Origin: Candidatus Saccharimonadales bacterium
GTDB lineage: Bacteria > Patescibacteriota > Saccharimonadia > Saccharimonadales > DATKHC01
Direction: 5' to 3'
Length of the DNA: 64,000 nucleotides
Assembly: GCA_035510465.1 (NCBI GenBank)
Contig: DATKHC010000010.1
Location: 22,036 to 86,035 of the forward strand
The notes beneath the pieces are model-generated. The model saw only the letters and a program-made list of their open reading frames with translations, was not told the DNA's origin and made no database searches. Both the position numbers and the translations under genes were made by a program. This document shows, in pieces, positions 42,052 to 51,629 of the stretch (position 1 is its first letter; each line of letters starts with the position of its first letter).

Positions 42052-43305
42052 CTAGGCTCTATTTAGCAACAGCTCGAAATAACGCGTACTGCCAAATGGT
42101 ATTTTTTGTCTGATAATTTCTTTAGAGGTAAGCGAATTGGCGTAAGTTACGGTAAATTCACCGAAGTCTTCGTTAATCCTATCGACCGCCTGCGTCAGCC
42201 AATTCTGCTTATTTACTTCTTCAAGCAGACTCATTTGTGAACGGTTAGACGGGACCAGGTTATAGCAGGTGACTCCAATCTCCTTAGGTTTAGCGTCAAG
42301 TGGTCGGTGATTAAAAAGTAGTAGTGCCCGGCGGTAAACTTCAGCGTTGGTGAAGAAACTGCTCTTGAAGGTTTTTCGCTCATACCAGTAATCTCCCGTT
42401 TCGTATCTCACGTAGACCATGACTCCACGGGCACAGAAGTTTTTATAGCGCAGTTTCATGCCAGTTGTCTCGCAAAGGTAGCTAAGGCGGGACAACAGAT
42501 CCATTTGACTAATATTGGAGCTACCTAGTACATACTGGCGACCAATTGATTTGGTGTCATAGTCATTATCATCAACCTCGAAACCATGCAAACGCTTGAA
42601 CCAATCCTCCCCGCAAACACTCCTAAAAACAAACCGCTTTAAAAGATCAGACGAAGAATCTAAAAACTGCAAGGGGGTAAATATACCATAAGCGTTGAGT
42701 CTAGCCTGGTTACGCTCAGCAATACCAAATAAGTCTGTCAGCTTAAGGCTAGACAAGGTTTGCCTAAGATTTTTGTAGTCAATTACGTCGAGACCATCGG
42801 GTTTATGTAGCGAGGCAGCTTGTTTAGCTAGGAAACGATTTGGCGCAATACCAACATTGCAGCGCATCCAAGAACCCACCTCCGCTCTAAGACGCCTTTT
42901 GATTTCATAGCCAATGTCTTCGAGTGGGCGGGGATTAACCACTTTTCTAGTACCGTGAAAATCGATAACGCCTTCATCGATACTCTTCATAGTTACATCA
43001 GGAGAATAGGATCGCATGATGGACACCAGTTTCTTATATACATGGTGGTATTTGGGAGGATCAGTTTCGAGCATGATTAAACTCGGCAGCAAAACTCTAG
43101 CCTCGTCGAGTCTCATGCCTACCTTAATGCCATATGCCTTGGCTTCGTAAGAAGCAGCTATCACACAGCAATGCTTGCTAATACGATTAGTTACTCCTAT
43201 TGGTTTGCCGCGCAGTAGGGGACGAGCCTGTTGCTCAACTGTCGCGAAACAGGAATTAAGATCAATATGCATGATCTGAGAAAGCTCAGGGTTAATATCG
43301 TACAT
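42052..43305 (-). CDS. dinB: Y-family DNA polymerase (DinB/UmuC-like)
   Basis: HIDLNSCFA, ASYEAK, SIDE, LAKQA...KPDG; C-terminal QMSLL clamp-like motif. Confidence 0.88.
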   Translation of the reverse strand: MYDINPELSQIMHIDLNSCFATVEQQARPLLRGKPIGVTNRISKHCCVIAASYEAKAYGIKVGMRLDEARVLLPSLIMLETDPPKYHHVYKKLVSIMRSYSPDVTMKSIDEGVIDFHGTRKVVNPRPLEDIGYEIKRRLRAEVGSWMRCNVGIAPNRFLAKQAASLHKPDGLDVIDYKNLRQTLSSLKLTDLFGIAERNQARLNAYGIFTPLQFLDSSSDLLKRFVFRSVCGEDWFKRLHGFEVDDNDYDTKSIGRQYVLGSSNISQMDLLSRLSYLCETTGMKLRYKNFCARGVMVYVRYETGDYWYERKTFKSSFFTNAEVYRRALLLFNHRPLDAKPKEIGVTCYNLVPSNRSQMSLLEEVNKQNWLTQAVDRINEDFGEFTVTYANSLTSKEIIRQKIPFGSTRYFELLLNRA

Positions 43306-43567
43306 CTTGGCTATCCGAAATGGCTACTAGCATCCAAGTGAGAGCTTCAGCATCAAATTCTAGACGGTAATCGGCTGCGCCATCGCTCATATCGAAAACA
43401 TGGATCATGCGTTTGCCTTTGGAGGTAGGATGTCTAAGCCCCAATTCCGTAAAATTATAGGTACGGTTTTTGTACAGCATTCGCTTGGGTAAACAAACCT
43501 GCTCGCCATCGCCACCGTAAACTACTACTACCTTGATCTTTTGATTAATTAAAGTTTGATTTTCCAT
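43292..43567 (-). CDS. Small hypothetical protein, paralog of the upstream gene
   Basis: Shares TLIN.KI.V and DMSDG...YRL.FD....W with 43545-43844; overlaps the polymerase start. Confidence 0.75.
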   Translation of the reverse strand: MENQTLINQKIKVVVVYGGDGEQVCLPKRMLYKNRTYNFTELGLRHPTSKGKRMIHVFDMSDGAADYRLEFDAEALTWMLVAISDSQDVRY

Positions 43568-43844
43568 TTTTTATATTTCCTTTAGGTGAGGTTATACTAA
43601 TCAGTTTCCAACTTGCATGATCAACGTCAAACTGTAGTCGATAGCTACTTTCACCATCACTCATGTCATAGATCTGCAGACTCCCGCGTGGTTTTTTGAT
43701 TCGGTAAGCTAGACCTGATTCAATGAAACTATATTCACGACCCTCCAGCTCTATTCGTCTTGGGAAAATCCTAAGACCAAAGCTATTTTTAAAATATAGA
43801 GACGTAACATTAATCTTTTTATTTATAAGCGTTTTGGATTCCAT
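43545..43844 (-). CDS. Small hypothetical protein, paralog of the downstream gene
   Basis: Same motif set; start at MESKTL chosen by alignment with the paralog. Confidence 0.75.
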   Translation of the reverse strand: MESKTLINKKINVTSLYFKNSFGLRIFPRRIELEGREYSFIESGLAYRIKKPRGSLQIYDMSDGESSYRLQFDVDHASWKLISITSPKGNIKNGKSNFN

Positions 43845-44210
43845 AGCATTTACCCCCACAACTAATTAAGTGTTTCAAAAATTAACAAAACTGGCGTCTG
43901 GATAGACTTTTAGGTAACTACCAGTAACGGACTTTAAATGGTACTGCTTTACGAGGAGGGAAGTGACAACCGTCAATGCCACTGCCTTTTAACCTTGCAG
44001 TATTGGGACTTAAATGTAGGAGGTTTCAGCGGTGACGCTTAGCTTAAAATAAGCCAGTGAGTACGCCAATCCTTCATAAAGAAATGCTTTTGTAAGCCTG
44101 TGTGTAGGAAAGCCTAAGCAGCTAGCACACACATTGCTGGTTTCCATTATAAACCTTAGGGGGATGGCCTCGCAAACTAGTTTTGTGCCTGTACCAATAG
44201 TTCGCGGTGC

Positions 44211-44531
44211 CTAAGTCTCGGGATCCTCGATCGGAGAAAATTCGGGGCCAGGCTTAAGTGTCCAATCGCAATCAGCAACAAGTTGGCCAGAACTCCACAT
44301 ATCACTAAGAGCAGCTCGATGAACCTGAATAGTTCTTTTCTCTTCATCGGTAAGTTGCTTAACACCGATCACTTCTTCAATAACGTCATAGGCCCTAAGT
44401 GGAAGCTCTTGTCCATCATGGCCTAGCCTTCCAGTAAACAACGTCCTGATAGCTAGTGCAGCTTTTTGTTTATCGATTTCCCAAGCATCATCCGCTGCTT
44501 GTCTACCTGAAGCCTCGTGTTGAACTGTCAT
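44211..44531 (-). CDS. Hypothetical protein
   Basis: 106-codon ORF with ATG start. Confidence 0.5.
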   Translation of the reverse strand: MTVQHEASGRQAADDAWEIDKQKAALAIRTLFTGRLGHDGQELPLRAYDVIEEVIGVKQLTDEEKRTIQVHRAALSDMWSSGQLVADCDWTLKPGPEFSPIEDPET

Positions 44532-44671
44532 GTGCTTTATTAAACACTTGATTTAGCTGCCAGGCAACTATAAATAACTTCACTCTGTAAGTGCTTACGT
44601 TATATTATCCAACCTATTTGACAAGCTAATAAATAAAGAGCATCATATGGGCATATTAATAAATAGGGGAG

Positions 44672-45235
44672 TTGTATATGTACACGACAGCTATTGCAAA
44701 GGATAGTTGGTGGGCCTTGTCTGTGCGCGGGTTGGTAACCGTTTTGCTTGGTGTGGCGTTGGTCTTTTGGCCATTTCTAACACTGCTAACGGTAATTTAC
44801 CTATTCAGTGCATACATAATATTAAGCGGCCTTTTTGGTGTCGTGAGTGGCATCATGAGCGTCGATAAAAGCACTTGGTGGTCATTGCAAGTTCTACTTG
44901 GGGTAGTTGAGCTTGGGTTTGGAGTCTACTTAGTTAGACACCTATCTGTCAAGTTCACCACATTGCTTCTTCTAGTCGGCTTTGTGCTGGTTATTAGGGG
45001 TTTGGTTGAAATTATCGGAACCTTCATAGAAGGTCAGGTAGCTTCAACGGTTAGGACGCTAAGTTCTATAACAGGTCTAGCAGCAATAGTAGCTGGAGTT
45101 GTTATATTGCTCCAACCAAAAACTGTCGGTGTAGGCTTTGTTTGGATACTTGGTCTTTACGCCCTAATAGTTGGTTCGTTGTACGTTGCTATGTCTGTTG
45201 ACGGCAAGAGACAGATGGACGGCGGAAAACGCTAA
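44672..45235 (+). CDS. HdeD/DUF308 family membrane protein
   Basis: WW...RG....LG.....WP pattern, six TMs in repeated hairpins. Confidence 0.82.
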   Translation: MYMYTTAIAKDSWWALSVRGLVTVLLGVALVFWPFLTLLTVIYLFSAYIILSGLFGVVSGIMSVDKSTWWSLQVLLGVVELGFGVYLVRHLSVKFTTLLLLVGFVLVIRGLVEIIGTFIEGQVASTVRTLSSITGLAAIVAGVVILLQPKTVGVGFVWILGLYALIVGSLYVAMSVDGKRQMDGGKR

Positions 45236-45253
45236 TATAGTCTCTTTAGTTCA

Positions 45254-45286
45254 AAAAAACCGCTATTTTTTAAGTAGCGGTTTTTT
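45254..45286. terminator. Bidirectional terminator
   Basis: A6-CCGCTA-loop-TAGCGG-T6. Confidence 0.8.
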
Positions 45287-46781
45287 ATGTTTCATGCGAC
45301 GTTAGACTAATCTTTTGTAGGTTCTCCAGCAGAGACTTCTCGTCTGCACCTGCCCCCATTTTTTCATACCGATGACGAGTGTTTAATATTCTCAGCACAG
45401 CAGATATGGTCCAGGCTTGACCTGGTTCTGGTACGGGCAAGTCCCCGCCGGGGGAGATTGAATTAAAATGAGTCATTGCAGCTTTGTGGTCATACCAAAC
45501 TTTGCCATCTGTGTCGGCATAGTGAAATTCATAAAATTCTCCAGAGTTTAAAATGGCATCGACTAGACGGTTCTCAAATTGCATAGCCAAAGCGTGTAGG
45601 CCGTGGTTATGTAAGCCCTTGGCTGCCGCATTCGTTTCTTTAGGCCAAACAGTATACGAACCGTGATAATCAATAAAACCAGGGAATTTCGCAAGCTTTA
45701 GTGATCTGGAGCGTATTCCAGCATTTGTCATAAACTGTTTTTTCGTGACTACCTTGGCCACATTATGCACATAGTAATGCCTACGTTGTTCGGGCAAAGC
45801 ATGGAGTAACTTAGAATCAAGTATCAGCGCTGCGTTAGAAGTAAGGCTGTCAATTTGTCTTGTCTTGCCGTTACTATCGACGTATAAACCTTGGGCAAAA
45901 AACGCCTCATCCTTCATCCAGAGCAGCTCAAGTGTAAGGTCTTTAATTTGTGCGGCTAGTTTTAGAAGCAGCTCAACTCGTTCTACGCTTTGGCCCGGTA
46001 GATGCGCAAGACTCGTTAGTGCATCAAATGCATATCCCTGTAACTCAACAGAAGCTATACCACGGTCAAAGTCCGGCAAACTACCATCTTTATTTATGTA
46101 GGCCGTGGCTGAATCCTTCCAGGCCTGATTGGCTAGCCCGTTTGGATTTAGACGCTTATACTCCAGCAGTCCGCTATTGGAGTTTCTGATCTTACCAACT
46201 ATCCAATCACCAGCAGCCCTTACACTGTCGGATACTACTTTTTTCTGCCCGTCCTTTGTGATGTATGCTTCATCTAAAATTTCCGCCCCGTATCTCCTAA
46301 CATAATTACAGAGCAACCTAACATACAACAGAGTCGCATCATGACTACCATAATAGGTCATTGAATCAGTACCGGCACCGCCCCAAACTCGCTGGAGCTC
46401 AGACAGTACCTTAATCGAATGCTCAGCCACAGCTATGCCATCAAAAGTTTTTGCCCGAAATTCATGATGAATTTTACCGGGTTCTTCCTCGGATATATTG
46501 TTCAAGCTAACACCTTGCAGTCTGGCAAGTGTAAGTAAAATGTCGCGGACTAATGCTTGGTGAGTATTTAGTAAGTCTTCCCCTACGACAAGTGAATCTC
46601 GCCCGAAGATTGCGGAATGAAAATGAGGCCCATTACTTGCGTAAACCCCCCAGTGTCCTACCGCTCGGACAATATCAATATAATCGGGTGGCTGGTCATT
46701 TGAGCCAAGATTTATCAGTTGGGCAAGACTTTTTTTCTTAGATTCTAATGTCTTTTCAGCCCACTCGCTAGTAAACGACAT
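45285..46781 (-). CDS. Amylo-alpha-1,6-glucosidase-like (alpha/alpha)6 glycoside hydrolase
   Basis: FGRDS, EEPGKIHHE, YYGS.DAT, NQ.WKDS, ELQGY, YHGS..VWP, QAW. Confidence 0.85.
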   Translation of the reverse strand: MSFTSEWAEKTLESKKKSLAQLINLGSNDQPPDYIDIVRAVGHWGVYASNGPHFHSAIFGRDSLVVGEDLLNTHQALVRDILLTLARLQGVSLNNISEEEPGKIHHEFRAKTFDGIAVAEHSIKVLSELQRVWGGAGTDSMTYYGSHDATLLYVRLLCNYVRRYGAEILDEAYITKDGQKKVVSDSVRAAGDWIVGKIRNSNSGLLEYKRLNPNGLANQAWKDSATAYINKDGSLPDFDRGIASVELQGYAFDALTSLAHLPGQSVERVELLLKLAAQIKDLTLELLWMKDEAFFAQGLYVDSNGKTRQIDSLTSNAALILDSKLLHALPEQRRHYYVHNVAKVVTKKQFMTNAGIRSRSLKLAKFPGFIDYHGSYTVWPKETNAAAKGLHNHGLHALAMQFENRLVDAILNSGEFYEFHYADTDGKVWYDHKAAMTHFNSISPGGDLPVPEPGQAWTISAVLRILNTRHRYEKMGAGADEKSLLENLQKISLTSHET

Positions 46782-46823
46782 ATTGTACTTTACTTTAGCA
46801 TAAGAGTTTATATACAGGATCGG

Positions 46824-47849
46824 TTAAGCTGCAATTGCTTTTTCGTAAACCTTTACGTAACGCTTGGCCATTAAGCTGGCACTGAAGCGCTTAGCCACAT
46901 CGGCACGGCAGAATTGGCGATCAATTTTTCCAATTTTAGTAATGGCCCTCAGCATATCCGATTCATTCTCGCAGAGAAAGCCGTTTTTCCCGTCTGAAAT
47001 AATCTCAGACATAGAGCCTCGCTTATAGGTGAGCACCGGCGTGCCGCAGGACAAAGCTTCTACTGTTGCCAACCCAAACGGTTCATCCCATTGAATTGGG
47101 GAGAGTAGGGCTTTAGCATTTTTTAGTAAATCGTTCTTGGCTTTAGCGTCAACCTCTCCGAGGAAGACGACGTTCTTATTATTGACGAGAGGTTTGATTA
47201 CTTTTCTGTAATAGGCTCGGTCTACTGGGTCAACCTTGGCACCCATGATTAATCTGTGGCCGCTTTTCTTGGCAATCTCAATAGCTTGCTTGGGGCCTTT
47301 ATCTGGGCTAATCCGCCCCAAGAAAGCCAGATAGTTCTTGGGTTTATCGTTGAAAACAAATTCGTCGACATTGATACCGTTATGGACTGTTGCTAGGTAG
47401 TTAAGATCGGGGGCGTAACGTCTTTGAGCCCGACTAATACTGACAAAATTCTGAGAAAGATAAGAGTTCTTTAATGAATAATCTACTGGGTTATGAATTG
47501 TAGTGACAATTGGAACTTTTACTAGTTTTCGGAATATGAGAAGTGGCGCATCTAGGTGATTATGAATAATGTCAAAACGGTTTTTGCCAATTAATTCTAG
47601 GGCTATGTGAAGAGCTTTGATCTGTTCGTCCAACCAAACTCGTGGATTGGTCGTCATGTACTTTCTTATTGAACGATTAGCGACAGGTATTAACTTTGCT
47701 GAAGTTTTGGAATCAGCGCTGGCAAATAGACTCACTTCGTGACCTAACTTAACCAGTTCTTCGGCCAGATTAAAGACGACTCGTTCCGTCCCGCCATATT
47801 TTTTAGGAGGAACACTCTCCTCAATAGGGGCTAGTAATGCAATTTTCAA
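46824..47849 (-). CDS. GT4 family glycosyltransferase
   Basis: VPP..YGGTE, GRISPDKG, WDEPFGL..VEA..CGTP. Confidence 0.9.
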   Translation of the reverse strand: MKIALLAPIEESVPPKKYGGTERVVFNLAEELVKLGHEVSLFASADSKTSAKLIPVANRSIRKYMTTNPRVWLDEQIKALHIALELIGKNRFDIIHNHLDAPLLIFRKLVKVPIVTTIHNPVDYSLKNSYLSQNFVSISRAQRRYAPDLNYLATVHNGINVDEFVFNDKPKNYLAFLGRISPDKGPKQAIEIAKKSGHRLIMGAKVDPVDRAYYRKVIKPLVNNKNVVFLGEVDAKAKNDLLKNAKALLSPIQWDEPFGLATVEALSCGTPVLTYKRGSMSEIISDGKNGFLCENESDMLRAITKIGKIDRQFCRADVAKRFSASLMAKRYVKVYEKAIAA

Positions 47850-47986
47850 ATTTTAGCTCCGGTGCTTTAAGACAAGCTGTCCCAGTTTTCTCCGATATGC
47901 CGTTATTCGCGATCGAATTATATCACACGTAAGGGTACTCAACCCTTGAGCGGGCTAGTATTTCAGGATTGTTGCATTAGTTATAG

Positions 47987-48436
47987 TTATCGAGTGTCAG
48001 TAATGACTGCGTTGTCTTCTGCGTCAGGGGCAGTCACTGTTACTCGGTTATTCGCATCTTCATATATTTGATAGTGAGTATCAGTATCAGTACCAGTTTG
48101 TGGATCCTCGGGTAACTTGACCATATAGGTTTCGTTGTTTGTCAGGACACTTAAGTCCACCTTGCCAGAGCAGACGTTTGCTCCAGTTGCGCAAATGTCG
48201 GTTGGGGTAGTTGTAATCGAAGCAGGCAAATTGCCGTTATTATCAATGCTGTATTCATAAACAGCATTTAGAATCTGATCAATATTTGATTGTCTCACTG
48301 CGTTTCGGCTATCGCCGAGCTGTTTTCCGGGATTAATGGCTAGAATTACGACGCCTGCTAATATGGCTATGATAGCCACTACTAGCAACATTTCTATTAG
48401 TGTAAAGCCGCCTTGGCCTTTTAGCTTTATTGACAC
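47987..48436 (-). CDS. Type IV pilin (probable major pilin)
   Basis: G/FTLIEML prepilin site, hydrophobic N-terminus, INP..Q....R...R, P.DP. Confidence 0.88.
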   Translation of the reverse strand: MSIKLKGQGGFTLIEMLLVVAIIAILAGVVILAINPGKQLGDSRNAVRQSNIDQILNAVYEYSIDNNGNLPASITTTPTDICATGANVCSGKVDLSVLTNNETYMVKLPEDPQTGTDTDTHYQIYEDANNRVTVTAPDAEDNAVITDTR

Positions 48437-48575
48437 GGTGCCCTTATGTTTTTTAGTAATCTTAGCCCTACTTAATTATCAATATAGACTAAGCACAATC
48501 ATTATACAACAAATAACAGATAGCCAATTAACTATTCACTCAATGCCTAGCATCAGAGTAAGGATTTTTGCATCT

Positions 48576-48609
48576 GGTTCGAATCTCCAAACCCCAGCCA
48601 ACCATAAGC
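48576..48609 (+). repeat. tRNA-3'-end relic, divergent array 2 copy 0
   Basis: GGTTCGAAT-CTCCA-AACCCCA-G-CCA followed by ACCATAAGC; no tRNA 5' half upstream. Confidence 0.62.
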
Positions 48610-48631
48610 AATTTAACTTATTAGTAGATAT

Positions 48632-49297
48632 TTATGCCGAAACAAAGAACTTCAGGCCCCTTGACCTATCGTCATCGTAAAAATCAAGGACGTTTTCATA
48701 AGAGTCTATTCCCATAAATCCATCCGTAGTTAAGACCTCGATACATTCCGGCCTATCTTCTCCTAACCCAACTACACTATGAACTGCAGCACCTAGTCTT
48801 GTGCTTTCGTCTCTTCCACCTAAAACAGCGTGGCGCCCCAGGGCAATTGGGGGATTAATAGGATATCCTTCTTCAACAACGTGGTCGGGTGCGGGTGGAC
48901 AATCGAACTCCCTAGCTACTATTGTGCCGTTCATCCAATACCCAAAACGGTGGCAGTTTGTTACTTATCTTCGTCCAGGTACCATAAGACCCGTATATTC
49001 ACTTCTGACTTGGTTAAATCGGGGTTTATCTACAAAAAATCGAGTATAAAACTCACCTAGTTTACGGGCTACATCTTCAGGCATTTCTATGACTTCAAGC
49101 TCGGCATCCTTTGGATTGTACCCTGATTCAGGAACGGTATAGTCAACTCTTGTCCAACGGGTTGGTGACATATCTTGGACAATTTCCATACCTACAACAC
49201 GCCTATATGGTTGTTTGGTTGTCCTACCGTTTAGGTGAACATAAGTCGACGGAACAGTGTATAGTTGAACTCGCTCAATACCTGTCATAATAAACAT
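48632..49297 (-). pseudogene. Single ORF split by an in-frame TAA; NCHRF...HS papain-like motif pair
   Basis: 48965-49297 and 48632-48934 are in the same frame, linked by 10 sense codons (VTNCHRFGYW). Confidence 0.65.
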
Positions 49298-49358
49298 ATT
49301 ATAGCATAACTGTTATAGATTATCAACTATAACTAGTGTAGTTAGGTCGTTTTATGGG

Positions 49359-49388
49359 GTACGGAACTCAACCTCGATTCCCAGCCAA
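49359..49388 (+). repeat. tRNA-3'-like repeat, array 2 copy 1
   Basis: GTACGGAACTCAACCTCGATTCCCAGCCAA, identical over 30 bp to copy 2. Confidence 0.95.
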
Positions 49389-49478
49389 TATTTCACCTAT
49401 GTCAACATTTGTGCCACCTCGGTTTGAATCCTTGTTGAATATTTGCGTCTGCGCATATAAGATTATATAATATTGGTC

Positions 49479-49922
49479 ATGGCAACCCAACTCGAATTTC
49501 AAGACCCACAGGTGCAGAGTGCGCTTGAAAATTTTAGTGAGTACGTCCTGACTAGTAACTTCAGAACCAGGATAGTACATCAAATTACACGGGTTATTGA
49601 TTTAGCTGAGTACTGCGAACATCCAAAACAAAAAATAGCGAACCTAAAAGAAGCTCTTGGGGCAGAAGCTTTATTTGCAGTTTGGAGACAACCTCTCAGT
49701 AACACCGAGGGCAACTTAAACCTCATCGTGAAAGTTGACGGAGACGGACGTATTATTGATGGATCTCCAGTACACGTTGGGATTTTAGTTGATGACCATC
49801 CACAAATGACCTGTTTTGGTTTCACTCCTGATGAACTAAGGGTTGTTGAGTATTTTGCGCTTGCTCAAGATCAACTACCCTGGCAACCCAACACTAGTGG
49901 ATTAATCTATCATTCTCGTTAA
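49479..49922 (+). CDS. Hypothetical protein (unit between copies 1 and 2)
   Basis: ATG 7 nt after TATAAT; the ORF fills the inter-repeat unit. Confidence 0.65.
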   Translation: MATQLEFQDPQVQSALENFSEYVLTSNFRTRIVHQITRVIDLAEYCEHPKQKIANLKEALGAEALFAVWRQPLSNTEGNLNLIVKVDGDGRIIDGSPVHVGILVDDHPQMTCFGFTPDELRVVEYFALAQDQLPWQPNTSGLIYHSR

Positions 49923-49942
49923 AGAGCCGGATTAATTACTTA

Positions 49943-49994
49943 TCAAACCGTACGGAACTCAACCTCGATTCCCAGCCAAGCGTAAGCGGTTTGA
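49943..49994 (+). repeat. tRNA-3'-like repeat, array 2 copy 2 with GCGTAAGCGGTTT tail
   Basis: 30-bp core at 49950-49979; bracketed by inverted TCAAACCG/CGGTTTGA. Confidence 0.95.
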
Positions 49995-49995
49995 C

Positions 49996-50412
49996 CTAAG
50001 TCAGTTTTAGAAACTCAGCCGGAGTTAGTATTTGAATATTCTCGTATTTCTTTATGACCGTTAAGTCTTTATCGCCGCTAATAATATAGCTGCATTTGCC
50101 AATAACCGCTGTCTCTATAATTTTATTGTCGTCTATATCTCTAGAGACATTAATTACACGACTTCCAAGAGGTACCCATATTGCATATTTTCTAAGCAAC
50201 TTCTCGTATCTTCCTATGCCAGGTATGTGTTCCGGGAACCTAGAGGTTATGATGCGCCTGAGCTCAGACATGATCTCTTCTGACATCACAGGTCTTATTA
50301 CCTTATCGGGGATTAAATTTGTAACTTTTCGAGGAGTTCCTCCGAATACCAGAGCAGAGACAAGAACATTAGTATCAACTACAGCTCTAACTGGCTTTTG
50401 ATTGCTTTTCAC
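49996..50412 (-). CDS. PIN-domain toxin (VapC-like)
   Basis: VVDTNVLVSA, E, RD.DDNK..ETA, ISGDKDL. Confidence 0.9.
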   Translation of the reverse strand: MKSNQKPVRAVVDTNVLVSALVFGGTPRKVTNLIPDKVIRPVMSEEIMSELRRIITSRFPEHIPGIGRYEKLLRKYAIWVPLGSRVINVSRDIDDNKIIETAVIGKCSYIISGDKDLTVIKKYENIQILTPAEFLKLT

Positions 50413-50644
50413 TCTTGTACTCTGTAATCTTGTCGTAAACTTGCTGCTCGCTAGTTATTCCTGTCTGTTGGCCCAATTTATTTCCCCAATTGAATAGGTC
50501 TTCCCATTCTTTTCGGCGATCTAGGTCATCTAATGCCAAGCGACGGAAATACTCACTTCGGCTGCCCATATCTTTTTTAACAGCTTCGTCTATTTCTTTT
50601 AAAAGTTTTTCGTCTAACGCGATATTTAGCGTCTTAGTTGCCAT
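50387..50644 (-). CDS. Ribbon-helix-helix (CopG-like) antitoxin
   Basis: TLNIALD..L..EID.......SRSEYFR; AAGGAG RBS; overlaps the toxin gene. Confidence 0.85.
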   Translation of the reverse strand: MATKTLNIALDEKLLKEIDEAVKKDMGSRSEYFRRLALDDLDRRKEWEDLFNWGNKLGQQTGITSEQQVYDKITEYKSEKQSKAS

Positions 50645-50666
50645 ATTATATTCTCCTTCTACACAT

Positions 50667-50695
50667 ATTGTATAGATATTGTATAGGCATGTCAA
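50667..50695 (-). promoter_or_regulatory. TA operon promoter TTGACA-17-TACAAT with tandem TATACAATAT repeat
   Basis: Read on the minus strand; the direct repeat over the spacer and -10 fits an RHH operator. Confidence 0.7.
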
Positions 50696-50701
50696 CTTAA
50701 C

Positions 50702-50741
50702 GTGGTACGGAACTCAACCTCAATTCCCAACCAAGCGTAAG
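50702..50741 (+). repeat. tRNA-3'-like repeat, array 2 copy 3
   Basis: GTGGTACGGAACTCAACCTCAATTCCCAACCAAGCGTAAG, 2 mismatches to copy 2 over 37 bp. Confidence 0.93.
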
Positions 50742-50766
50742 AATTTTAATTTGATATTATTAAATT

Positions 50767-50949
50767 ATGCCATCTCCTCGTGTAATTCACGAATTTGAAG
50801 TCGGAGTACCTCCAATAGGACACGATGACGAAAGAATATTGTCTCCAACTGAGACTAGAATACTGAAAAAGTTAATATTGGGCGGAGACGTTGATCAAGC
50901 CACTAACGACTCACTATTAAGTAAGTTTGCCGGATTTATGACAGTTTGA
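50767..50949 (+). CDS. Small hypothetical protein
   Basis: ATG 6 nt after TG-A-TATTAT, immediately after repeat copy 3. Confidence 0.45.
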   Translation: MPSPRVIHEFEVGVPPIGHDDERILSPTETRILKKLILGGDVDQATNDSLLSKFAGFMTV

Positions 50950-50972
50950 ACTCTAGCAATAAATAGGATTAG

Positions 50973-51574
50973 CTATCCAGTTTTTTCAGCTAATAACGCC
51001 ATGTGACCCATGCCTGCACACAAACTAGCCCGCTGCCAACTATAATCAGCGTTATGGAAACCGTACTCTGCAAATCCATGTTCAAATTGATCGTTTATGA
51101 ATACTCCCTCAACTTCTGGGCCCATACACGCACAATTACCCATAACCTGTACTCCAATTCCACCAAGTTCTCTTCTGCCTGCTGAAAAACCCATGTGAGT
51201 TCGAGTTGATCTTTGCGGTGTCTCTTCCGGTAATTCATGCAGAGACCTATATGCATCTTGCATAACTCGCCAAGTATCGCTTAATAGCCCTGGGTTGCTA
51301 TCCACCCATTCTTGTAGCTTGGGGCTGGCTATTAGACGACCAGGATAGTCTGGTATGTAGAGGGGGTGTTTCCCGACTTCTGCTACATCTATACCTTCAT
51401 CGCGCTCAGTCCTAAATCTGAGTGACTATAATCATGGGGATCAAAAGAGTCTAAAGGGAGAGATTTATCGGCTATTAAGAAGACTTTGTCCTTGCTGTCA
51501 TAGCTAAATGGATAAAGAGTTGCTCCTGAGCCCTCTCTTGCAAGGTATTCAAAAAACTCGGGTACTTCAGCCAT
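50973..51574 (-). pseudogene. Hypothetical gene with one frameshift near 51425
   Basis: The frame of 50973-51305 is open upstream (SLRFRTERDEGIDVAEVGKHPLYIP...) and overlaps the end of ORF 51389-51574. Confidence 0.65.
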
Positions 51575-51629
51575 AGGTCTAATATATATTAAAATTTTAT
51601 TGAAAGCTAGTAACTTTTGTGATCTAAGT

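Noticed and set aside
44010-44147. 45-codon minus-strand ORF with CxxC upstream of the dinB operon
   Set aside because: Short, single Cys pair, no other support
47933-47949. AAGGGT-ACTCA-ACCCTT hairpin with partial ACTCAACC similarity to the repeat
   Set aside because: Too short to assign; better explained as a weak stem after the pilin gene
48525-48600. Complete tRNA gene
   Set aside because: Only the 3' portion fits: no complementary 5' acceptor strand, D-arm or anticodon arm, and the T-stem does not pair
48965-48967. Alternative genetic code (stop reassignment) to explain split genes
   Set aside because: The interrupting codons are TAA or frameshifts; TGA, TAA and TAG all terminate conserved genes at expected positions
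49943-49994. Classical integron attC site
   Set aside because: The 8-bp terminal inverted repeat is seen in this copy only, the interior is not palindromic, RYYYAAC/GTTRRRY boxes are not conserved and there is no intI
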